A stretch of DNA of 46,433 nucleotides from Candidatus Woesebacteria bacterium. Its GTDB lineage: Bacteria > Patescibacteriota > Microgenomatia > UBA8517. The notes below the pieces were generated by a model. It saw only the letters and a program-made list of their open reading frames with translations. It was not told where the DNA came from and made no database searches. The translations under genes were made by a program, and so were the position numbers. The stretch spans positions 86,072-132,504 of the forward strand of contig JAGVAE010000003.1 in NCBI GenBank assembly GCA_020060565.1, given 5' to 3'. Positions 25,421-32,369 of the stretch are shown here, in pieces; position 1 is the first letter of the stretch, and each line of letters starts with the position of its first letter.

Positions 25421-26500
25421 ATGACTAAACAAATATTTAAAAAATTTAAACCAGGAACAATATTTAATCCACTCAATGGCAAATATTTCGTTTCTAAAAA
25501 ATATAAGCTAGTCAAATTAAGATTTCCTAGCAGGTTGAATGCTATGGCCATCGACCCATCAAAAATTACCTCAAACGAAAACATGATTTTTACCCCAGGT
25601 GAGGTTGTGTTTTCAGTTAAGATTTATATAAATATTTTAGTAAAGTTAGTAAAAGAGAATAATAAAATCGAAATTTCTAACGAATCGTGTCGTAAACCAT
25701 TAATTATCCACGCGGCAAAATTAATTCAGAAGGCGCTGAAAGTTAATGATGGATTATTTATATCAATAGACAACAAGAACGAACTAAAACACTCTGGACT
25801 TGGAAGCAGTGGTGCTTTAATCGCAGGAGTTACTTCATCAATAAATGAACTTTATGGTAAACCTATTCCAAATAGAAAATTAGTTGAATATGTTGCACAA
25901 AACCATGGGGAAGAAATTGAGTCAGATGATTCTCATATTCAACAAGTGCAATGTATTGGTGGCTCTGCGTCTTCAGGTAACATTAAAGGGGGGTTAATTG
26001 TAATCGCTGGTAAAAGCAAAGTAATATCAACTATGAAAGTGCCAAAAGAATACAAAGTTGTTATTGGAATTCCTGATGACTATAAACCGCTTGATTCAGA
26101 AAAGATGATGGGGCTTGAAGAGAGGAATCTGGACAAGTTTTTATATACAGGTAAGCATTACGGCGGTGAAATCGCGTACAGAATGTTGCATGAAGCGATA
26201 CCTGGAATGTTTGATCAAAACCTTATACCAATGGGTAATTTGATTTTTGACTACCGTTTTAAAATGGGAAGCATCAAAAATTGCTCATTTTCATATCCCA
26301 AGATGAATCTGATTGCCAAAAAGATTGCGCATCTCAAAAATAATACAGACACACCTGTACTATCCCTCTCTTCTGTTGGACCTGCCTTTTTTGCAATTAC
26401 AAGTAATACTAAAAAAGTGGTTAGAGAATTTGAGGCAAATAATATGAGAACCATTATCACAGAAATAGAAAATGGGATGTATAAGGTGATTAAAAACTGA
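25421..26500 (+). CDS. GHMP-kinase-fold protein of the beta-ribofuranosylaminobenzene-5'-phosphate (beta-RFAP) synthase family
   Basis: Motifs: LRFPSRLNAMAIDP (compare PSRLHFGLID), HSGLGSSGALIAGV (GHMP motif II), IGGSASSGNIKGGLIVIAG and SLSSVGPAFFAI (compare GQSSWGPT). They occur in the same order as in archaeal RFAP synthase, as I recall it. Confidence 0.55.
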   Translation: MTKQIFKKFKPGTIFNPLNGKYFVSKKYKLVKLRFPSRLNAMAIDPSKITSNENMIFTPGEVVFSVKIYINILVKLVKENNKIEISNESCRKPLIIHAAKLIQKALKVNDGLFISIDNKNELKHSGLGSSGALIAGVTSSINELYGKPIPNRKLVEYVAQNHGEEIESDDSHIQQVQCIGGSASSGNIKGGLIVIAGKSKVISTMKVPKEYKVVIGIPDDYKPLDSEKMMGLEERNLDKFLYTGKHYGGEIAYRMLHEAIPGMFDQNLIPMGNLIFDYRFKMGSIKNCSFSYPKMNLIAKKIAHLKNNTDTPVLSLSSVGPAFFAITSNTKKVVREFEANNMRTIITEIENGMYKVIKN

Positions 26501-26501
26501 A

Positions 26502-27155
26502 TTGATTAATACAAGTATAAAGTTCTGGAATAGCAAAAAAATAATTACTGAGTTCAAAGATGCTCAGGTACAAAATTATTGGGTAGATTTTTTTGCACCA
26601 ATTAAAAATAAAGATAAAAAAACAGTTTTGGATTTTGGCTGTGGTGGTGGACGCTATACAGAAATGCTTGCAAGAATGGGTTTTAAGACATTTGCGTTTG
26701 ATTTACATCGAGGTATGGTCAACATAACTTTACAAAAGATTAAAAATCTAGAGTTAAACGCAACGATTGTTCAAGCAGAAATGATTCAAATTCCATTTGA
26801 GACCAACAAGTTTGATATTATTTTATCCAATGGTGTGTTGCACAATGCCAAATCTTTAAATGAATTAAAAAAAGCATTGTCTGAAATTGTTCGCATAATT
26901 AAACCCAATAGAACTCTTTGTTTGAATATGTTCTACGATGGAGGAAATAATTCGCAATTAACAAAAAATGAAGAAAAATATATATTTGCCACAAAAGATA
27001 AACTACCAATGATTCTTTTACCGATAGATGATCTTAAAAAATTGTTGTTAAAGTATGGATTCAAAGAGATTGGAAAAGTAATTACCTACACACGAGATAT
27101 GGAAGTAGGAACAAGAGATGTTATGAGGGGTGTGTTCAAACTAATTAATCCTTAG
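26502..27155 (+). CDS. Class I SAM-dependent methyltransferase
   Basis: The TTG start lies 1 nt after the upstream TGA. Motifs: VLDFGCGGGRYT (motif I), FDL (acidic loop), FDIILSNGVLHN, IIKPNRTL. Confidence 0.75.
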   Translation: MINTSIKFWNSKKIITEFKDAQVQNYWVDFFAPIKNKDKKTVLDFGCGGGRYTEMLARMGFKTFAFDLHRGMVNITLQKIKNLELNATIVQAEMIQIPFETNKFDIILSNGVLHNAKSLNELKKALSEIVRIIKPNRTLCLNMFYDGGNNSQLTKNEEKYIFATKDKLPMILLPIDDLKKLLLKYGFKEIGKVITYTRDMEVGTRDVMRGVFKLINP

Positions 27156-27696
27156 AAAGTTCTTCGGCGATTCTTACATAGTTCTTATTCCAGCTATCTA
27201 ATCTTTCCACTTCCGGATATTCTGTAAAGGCTCTCTCTTCTCCTTCAAGACAAATAACTCCATTCCAACCACCTCTAGGATCTTTAACAACTTCCTCCTT
27301 TTTAAAGTGGATTGGCACTTGATATGAGTACTCCAAAACTCTTCCTTTTGGATCCGCATAAACTGTGCTTATTTCAAAATACCCAGATCTATCACCATAT
27401 AAATCTAAAATTCTAAAAAGCTTTTCGAGAGATAGTTTTTTCTCAATAAAAGCCATGTATGGCCCTGGAAACCCTAAAGCATTTATGAATAGGCTATGAT
27501 CCTCTCTAATCACTGGTAAGTTTGTAGCTTTAGTGGCTTCGAGAGCTGTGTGCTTTGCAATTTCCAGGCTCGTATCCGCTTGGATCTCTGGAAATTCCTG
27601 ATCAGTATTTTTAAGTTCGATTCCGTATTTGTCGAATACTCTTTTCGCCGCCATTATTTTACCTTGATTTTTTGTTATTAGATAAACACCTTTCAT
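27145..27696 (-). CDS. Non-canonical purine NTP pyrophosphatase (Ham1/RdgB/ITPase family)
   Basis: Motifs: ITKNQGK, FPEIQADT, AKHTALEA, IREDHSLFINALGFPGPYMA. It converges on the methyltransferase gene and overlaps it by 11 nt. Confidence 0.8.
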   Translation of the reverse strand: MKGVYLITKNQGKIMAAKRVFDKYGIELKNTDQEFPEIQADTSLEIAKHTALEATKATNLPVIREDHSLFINALGFPGPYMAFIEKKLSLEKLFRILDLYGDRSGYFEISTVYADPKGRVLEYSYQVPIHFKKEEVVKDPRGGWNGVICLEGEERAFTEYPEVERLDSWNKNYVRIAEELSKD

Positions 27697-27699
27697 TTT

Positions 27700-28173
27700 T
27701 TAAAAATCTCCAGGCTCTATATCTAATATGTTAACATGAATCTTATCAGATTTGCCCACCTTAACTTCTACCGTCTCGTCTTTAGATCTTCCGTTTATAG
27801 ATATACCTAATGGGCTTAATGTAGATACAATTATTCCATTAAGGTCTTTTCTTCTAACAACGTCATCCTGACCTAATAAATATACTGTTTCTTCTGAGTC
27901 CTCTTCGACGAATCTTATTTTAATCTTATTTCCTATCCCAACGACATCCGTTTCTATTCTAGGAATTATTATCTTAGCTTCAGCCAAATCGCCAACCATT
28001 ACACGCTCAGCTAAAGTTTGGTTTTTAAGAAGTTCAAACCCTGCATCGTCATGGTAACTTGATCGTGCATGCCCCCCATCGGATTGACTACCCATTTCAG
28101 CTATTTGTCTATCAAGCTCTGCTTGTAGCGAGTTTAGAATTGACAATGTCTTTCCTGTCATCAGTCTTTCCAT
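27700..28173 (-). CDS. GreA/GreB-family transcription factor-like protein
   Basis: It has an N-terminal helical region with SYHDDAGFELLKNQ (compare ENAEYHAAKEEQ). The C-terminal domain reads VGIGNKIKIRF...VYLLGQDD...IVSTLSPLGISINGRSKDETVEVKV. It lies 3 nt upstream of the Ham1 gene on the same strand. Confidence 0.65.
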   Translation of the reverse strand: MERLMTGKTLSILNSLQAELDRQIAEMGSQSDGGHARSSYHDDAGFELLKNQTLAERVMVGDLAEAKIIIPRIETDVVGIGNKIKIRFVEEDSEETVYLLGQDDVVRRKDLNGIIVSTLSPLGISINGRSKDETVEVKVGKSDKIHVNILDIEPGDF

Positions 28174-28350
28174 TTTGCGAGTATTGTAGCGTATTTTCCT
28201 ACATTTTTAAAGATTCAAGTGCGAATTGTTTATAGAACCGTCAAACGGTGAGGTAGCGATTGGCGAGACTATCATCAAATGTTAATTTCCAGTCACTCAC
28301 CGCGTTTACAAATTTAGATATAGAATCGTTCGGAATAGTGAGAATGTGGT

Positions 28351-29685
28351 TCACTGAAAGTTAACCATTTTTCTCAACATCCCATTGAAAAAATTGGAGA
28401 TTTTTTCTTTATCTAAAGTTGTTATCCAGGCTTCGATTGAAAAACTATTCGTAATTTTTTTACCCTTGGTTCCTTCCAAAAATAGTGAGTTTGTATATAC
28501 CCCCTTATTTTGTGTCTCAGAAGCTCTAAAAAAAATCATTCCCAATTTTGTTGGTTCTATGTCATTCATAGAATAAGTTTTTAAAGTAAAATCCCCAGAT
28601 TCGTTACCTATTGAAATATTCCCAGTTGTCCAAATAGTTTGGCCTGTATTTTGTGCCAAAATAGCACCCACAAAATCAATTCCTGTGAAGATTATTGGCT
28701 GGGCAAAGGAAGCAAATAATTGACCATGTTCAATTTGGATGGGAGAACCTGCAACTTTACGAATTTTTTGAACATCAGAATAAAAATTATAAAATGTCCC
28801 GTCGTCTTTTTTCCATGAATAAATATCAAATGGGGGTGTGGTGTAATCCAAAATAAATGGTGTAACCGCAACAATTCTTGTGTCATTCCAAGTATTTGTA
28901 AAGGCCCTTACAAGATTTGTTGAAATCTGTGATTCTGAATATTTATTATTCGGCCAACCAGTTTCTGTTATAAATACTGGCAATCTCTTCCCAATAAAAG
29001 AGAGTTCTGAATTATAAACATCAATACCTCCATTTGGGTAGGCATGGGAAGTCCAGCCATCTATATAATTAAATATGTCTGGTTCTTTTTGTTTCATTTG
29101 TGCCATAAATCTAATTTCTGACATTGAAGTTGGAGTGTTCACTGAAGAAGGGTCAAGCCCCGCAGGAAGAATGAAAAAATCAGAAGACGCTGCCTTTAAT
29201 TTTTGGGATATTTGTTTTAGATAAACTGCATAACCCTCAGGATCTATTCTTCCTCCCCATTCTGCAGCATGATTTGGTTCATTATTAATTACAACATATC
29301 GATTTTGGATAACCCAATTTAATGAATTTAAAAAATCCACCCAATTTTCAATTTCAGCTTCCTGAGGAACATTCCACATATCACCTTCCGCTTTAGTTGC
29401 CAATCTGACTATGGGGATCAAGTGAAGTCTTCGCATTTGATCAAATACTTTTTGCCAACGGCCATGATCACGTTCTGCCTCAGTAATTACTATAGTTACA
29501 TAACCCCAGTCACCACCGTTTGAATTTACTAAATTTGCCGCATTCTCTAAATCTCTCTCACTAAAAATATGTATTCCAAATTTATTATTGGGTACATCCT
29601 TAGGATCAACAACTGCATATACTGATACTGTTGAGGTAAAAAGAAAAATTATTGAGAGAACAAATGATAAAAATAATCTGGACAT
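28351..29685 (-). CDS. Secreted TIM-barrel glycoside hydrolase (clan GH-A-like) with extra C-terminal domain
   Basis: It has a signal peptide (LFLSFVLSIIFLFTSTVSVYA), VVINNEPNHAAEWGG (acid/base Glu in NEP) and PVFITETGWP (nucleophile Glu). Confidence 0.6.
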   Translation of the reverse strand: MSRLFLSFVLSIIFLFTSTVSVYAVVDPKDVPNNKFGIHIFSERDLENAANLVNSNGGDWGYVTIVITEAERDHGRWQKVFDQMRRLHLIPIVRLATKAEGDMWNVPQEAEIENWVDFLNSLNWVIQNRYVVINNEPNHAAEWGGRIDPEGYAVYLKQISQKLKAASSDFFILPAGLDPSSVNTPTSMSEIRFMAQMKQKEPDIFNYIDGWTSHAYPNGGIDVYNSELSFIGKRLPVFITETGWPNNKYSESQISTNLVRAFTNTWNDTRIVAVTPFILDYTTPPFDIYSWKKDDGTFYNFYSDVQKIRKVAGSPIQIEHGQLFASFAQPIIFTGIDFVGAILAQNTGQTIWTTGNISIGNESGDFTLKTYSMNDIEPTKLGMIFFRASETQNKGVYTNSLFLEGTKGKKITNSFSIEAWITTLDKEKISNFFNGMLRKMVNFQ

Positions 29686-29722
29686 CTAAACAAATTGTAA
29701 CAGATTACATCTACAAAAATTG

Positions 29723-29794
29723 TGCCCTTGGAGGGAATCGAACCTTCATCTCCTCCTTAGAAGGGAGATGCTCTATCCATTGAGCTACAAGGGC
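29723..29794 (-). tRNA. tRNA-Arg (anticodon TCT)
   Basis: Cloverleaf: GCCCTTG acceptor, TCTCC-CTTCTAA-GGAGG anticodon arm, GAAGG-TTCGATT-CCCTC T arm (one A:C mismatch). Confidence 0.82.
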
Positions 29795-29800
29795 TTACAG

Positions 29801-29872
29801 AGCGGCGGAGCGGATTTGAACCGCCGACCTCTTCCTTGGCAAGGAAGCATTCTACCACTGAACTACCGCCGC
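29801..29872 (-). tRNA. tRNA-Gly (anticodon GCC)
   Basis: Cloverleaf: GCGGCGG acceptor, CTTCC-TTGCCAA-GGAAG anticodon arm, GGCGG-TTCAAAT-CCGCT T arm, discriminator U. Confidence 0.9.
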
Positions 29873-29890
29873 ATAATTATGAATTTCCAG

Positions 29891-29963
29891 TGCTGGGTCT
29901 CAGAGTCGAACTGAAATATGACGCTCTTCAGGCGCCCGCCTTGACCACCTTGGCTAACCCAGC
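29891..29963 (-). tRNA. tRNA-Phe (anticodon GAA), unusual D arm
   Basis: Cloverleaf: GCTGGGT acceptor, GGCGC-CTGAAGA-GCGTC anticodon arm, TTCAG-TTCGACT-CTGAG T arm. The D arm has a 3-bp stem and an 11-nt loop (GCC-AAGGTGGTCAA-GGC), as in type II tRNAs, but the variable loop is short. Confidence 0.75.
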
Positions 29964-30389
29964 TCATTTACTATATGTTCTAATTCTGTGACAATTTGAG
30001 CATACAATATCGCATTTTTTTATTTCTTCTTCAATTTTTTCCTTTGCCCAACCACCTACTATCATTGTAGCAATATCGTGTTCTTTTTTGGTTCCATCTC
30101 TATGATCGAAATCCATAACATATGTTGGATATCTTTTGCCACAATCTGCACAGGGTCTATCTTTTATCTTTGCCAAATAGGCTCTCATTTTATTTTTTGC
30201 TTTATTCCTTCTCAAAATCGCTAGTTTTAACTGTCGTTTTTGATTGAGGTGATAATATAAACGTCCCCGAGTTTTCATGCAATCTTTGCATTTTTCATAA
30301 TATTTTCCTCTTCTTAATCCTTTCTTACGAAAATAGAAAGATTTTAATAGCTTTCTCTTATTACACTTAGAACATATTTTAAGGTTCAT
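29964..30389 (-). CDS. HNH endonuclease (stand-alone, 141 aa)
   Basis: It has N-terminal CxxC...CxxC Zn knuckles (CSKCNKRK, CKDC), CADCG, DFDHRDG (the HNH His) and CSNCHRIRT. The stop codon directly abuts the 5' end of tRNA-Phe. Confidence 0.8.
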   Translation of the reverse strand: MNLKICSKCNKRKLLKSFYFRKKGLRRGKYYEKCKDCMKTRGRLYYHLNQKRQLKLAILRRNKAKNKMRAYLAKIKDRPCADCGKRYPTYVMDFDHRDGTKKEHDIATMIVGGWAKEKIEEEIKKCDIVCSNCHRIRTYSK

Positions 30390-30440
30390 ACCTAAATCTA
30401 TACTAATGTATATCGAAATACAATAATATTTTTCAGGTAG

Positions 30441-30514
30441 TGGTCGCTGAGGGATTCGAACCCCCGACCTTCTCGATGTAAACGAGACGCTCTAACCAAC
30501 TGAGCCAAGCGACC
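30441..30514 (-). tRNA. tRNA-Val (anticodon TAC)
   Basis: Cloverleaf: GGTCGCT acceptor, TCTCG-TTTACAT-CGAGA anticodon arm, GGGGG-TTCGAAT-CCCTC T arm. Confidence 0.88.
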
Positions 30515-30538
30515 GCTTAAAACGCGGTAAACCAACTG

Positions 30539-30619
30539 TGCGCGGGACAGGAGTCGAACCTGCACACCTTGCGGTACATGTTCCTTAAACATGCGCGTAT
30601 GCCATTCCGCCACCCGCGC
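30539..30619 (-). tRNA. tRNA-Leu, anticodon reads AAG (type II)
   Basis: Cloverleaf: GCGCGGG acceptor, perfect 5-bp anticodon stem CATGT/ACATG closing the 7-nt loop TTAAGGA (U33, A34-A35-G36, G37), 13-nt variable arm, GCAGG-TTCGACT-CCTGT T arm. The anticodon corresponds to plus-strand 30584-30586. Confidence 0.75.
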
Positions 30620-30644
30620 TCATACACATATTTTTTGCAAAAGG

Positions 30645-30728
30645 TGCCGGGGGCGAGACTCGAACTCGCACGCTCTTGCGAGCACACGCTCCTGAAGCGT
30701 GCCTGTCTACCAATTTCAGCACCTCGGC
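30645..30728 (-). tRNA. tRNA-Leu (anticodon CAG), type II
   Basis: Cloverleaf: GCCGAGG acceptor (one A:C mismatch at 5:68), CACGC-TTCAGGA-GCGTG anticodon arm, 15-nt variable arm, GCGAG-TTCGAGT-CTCGC T arm. Confidence 0.82.
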
Positions 30729-30806
30729 TTACCCTCATGCGATTATATCAAAATCCTGACGAACTTGACACCCATACCTGTGGTGTGTCATCCTGACTAT
30801 TGACAT

Positions 30807-31445
30807 ATGGTACCAGCAGAATTTAGTAGGGAAGAAAACATTGGTTTTTGGAAGAATATGTTTTTGGTGGTTGTGTTTTTTAGCATTACACCTATAACCC
30901 TCGCAATAACTCTTTTTTCACTTTTCTCTTTTAAGGGAAGTGTTTTAGCTAAAGATACAGTAGAACAGAAAAGTCTTGCCATATCTCCATATTCAGGTGT
31001 ACAGGTTTATGCGTCTTTACCAGCACAACTTCCTGCAGTTTCTGACAATATTGAGGCCAGGGATGCAAGGTCCGAAATTGTCAGGCAATACCTGGAATAC
31101 TATAATTCTCCACTTACTCCTTATTCAGATTTTCTTGTTCAAATATCAGATAAATATAAACTTGATTACAGACTTCTTCCAGCCATTGCACAGCAAGAAA
31201 GTAATCTTTGCAAAATAATTCCACCAGAATCATACAATTGTTGGGGTTGGGGGATACATAGTCAGGGATCTTTGGGCTTTAATTCTTTTGAGGAAGGTAT
31301 TGAAGCAGTTTCTAAAGGCTTACGAACTCAATATCTGGATAAGGGTCTTAGAACTGTCCCGGAAATAATGTCTAAATACAATTCCAATTCTCCTGAGGGT
31401 GCTTGGGCAAAGGGTGTTTCCCAATTCATGGATCAAATGGAATAA
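30807..31445 (+). CDS. Membrane-anchored lysozyme-like / lytic-transglycosylase-like protein
   Basis: A TM segment (MFLVVVFFSITPITLAITLFSLF) is followed by YNSPLTPYSDFLV...DYRLLPAIAQQESNLCK...CWGWG, where the Glu-Ser resembles the SLT/MltB catalytic motif. It is a paralogue of 32370..32897. The start codon is uncertain. Confidence 0.5.
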   Translation: MVPAEFSREENIGFWKNMFLVVVFFSITPITLAITLFSLFSFKGSVLAKDTVEQKSLAISPYSGVQVYASLPAQLPAVSDNIEARDARSEIVRQYLEYYNSPLTPYSDFLVQISDKYKLDYRLLPAIAQQESNLCKIIPPESYNCWGWGIHSQGSLGFNSFEEGIEAVSKGLRTQYLDKGLRTVPEIMSKYNSNSPEGAWAKGVSQFMDQME

Positions 31446-31466
31446 AAGTAGTACAATACGCCTGAT

Positions 31467-32225
31467 ATGAGCGCTGCATATGATTCGTTTGATTATCCGG
31501 GTTATTGGATAGGCCGAGAATATGAGCACAAATCAGAAATAATAGCTTTAAAAGCTTTTCTTCAAAGAATTAAAAGGATAAAAAAAATTTTGGAGGTTGG
31601 AGCAGGATATGGACGGCTTATACCTTCATATGCATTTCGTGCTAAAAGTGTTATTTTATCCGATCCTTCAGCTAAAGCACTCAAAATTGCAAGGGAAGCT
31701 TTTAGATACAAAAAAAATATCAAATATTTACACTCATCATTAGAAAATCTTCCTTCTAAAATTAGACCGTATTCTGTTGACTTGATAATAATGGTGCGAG
31801 TAATTCACCACATAAAAGATATTAATACGACTTTTAAGATTGTTCATAGATTATTAACACCAAACGGTTATTTTATATTTGAATTTGCTAATAAAAAACA
31901 TGGTAAAGCCAGTTTAAAAGCATTTCTTGGAGGTAATTATTCGTTTTTAAACGATAAAGCCACCAAGGATATAAGAAGTCAAACATCTATCAAAAGGGGT
32001 ACTCTCCCTTTTCTTAATTATCACCCTGATAAAATTAAGGAGATTTTAGATAACTATGGATTTGAGGTTGTCGAAAAAAGATCTGTTAGTAATATAAGAA
32101 GTTGCTTTTTAAAAAAGTGGTTTTCTACAGACCTTCTTGTATATATGGAGACAATACTTCAGAAGCCACTTTCATATATCGATTTTGGGCCCTCAATATT
32201 TATTCTTGTTAAGAAAAGGGGATAA
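31467..32225 (+). CDS. Class I SAM-dependent methyltransferase
   Basis: Motifs: ILEVGAGYGRLIPSY (motif I), ILSDPS, VDLIIMVRVIHH, LLTPNGYFIFEF. Confidence 0.75.
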   Translation: MSAAYDSFDYPGYWIGREYEHKSEIIALKAFLQRIKRIKKILEVGAGYGRLIPSYAFRAKSVILSDPSAKALKIAREAFRYKKNIKYLHSSLENLPSKIRPYSVDLIIMVRVIHHIKDINTTFKIVHRLLTPNGYFIFEFANKKHGKASLKAFLGGNYSFLNDKATKDIRSQTSIKRGTLPFLNYHPDKIKEILDNYGFEVVEKRSVSNIRSCFLKKWFSTDLLVYMETILQKPLSYIDFGPSIFILVKKRG

Positions 32226-32238
32226 TCTATAGCCAGAC

Positions 32239-32267
32239 TTGACAATCCCATAATACTTTGCTATAGT
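32239..32267 (+). promoter_or_regulatory. Near-consensus sigma70-type promoter: TTGACA-17 nt-TATAGT with TG extension
   Basis: TTGACA lies at 32239-32244, followed by a 17-nt spacer ending in TGc, then TATAGT at 32262-32267. Confidence 0.6.
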
Positions 32268-32273
32268 ACTTTC

Positions 32274-32360
32274 TAGATTCCGAGGCTAGGGCACGGAAAC
32301 GTGATCTTGGCGTTGGGGTATATATTTGGGGGGTACCGAAAGGTATCCCCCTTCTTTTTT
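32274..32360 (+). ncRNA. Candidate small structured RNA or cis-regulatory leader (about 85 nt) ending in an intrinsic terminator
   Basis: The predicted TSS is near 32274. A CACG-GAAA-CGTG hairpin (32292-32303) sits inside a CCGAG/CTTGG helix. A 10-bp terminator stem follows. The 5' end is inferred from the promoter only. Confidence 0.4.
32328..32360 (+). terminator. Rho-independent terminator
   Basis: The stem is GGGGGGTACC-GAAA-GGTATCCCCC (10 bp with one G:U, GNRA tetraloop), followed by TTCTTTTTT. Confidence 0.7.
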
Positions 32361-32369
32361 AATAGAAAA

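Noticed and set aside
28243-28307. Long-range inverted repeat AAACGGTGAG ... CTCACCGCGTTT between the glycoside hydrolase and greA-like genes
   Set aside because: The arms are 10-12 nt with a bulge and a 43-nt loop. There is no U-tract and no recognisable RNA motif. It may be a weak terminator for the hydrolase gene, but I cannot support more than that.
32301-32369. GTG start at 32301 for the second transglycosylase-like gene
   Set aside because: It would translate through a 10-bp GC-rich terminator hairpin and its U-tract. The ATG at 32370 yields a canonical signal peptide.
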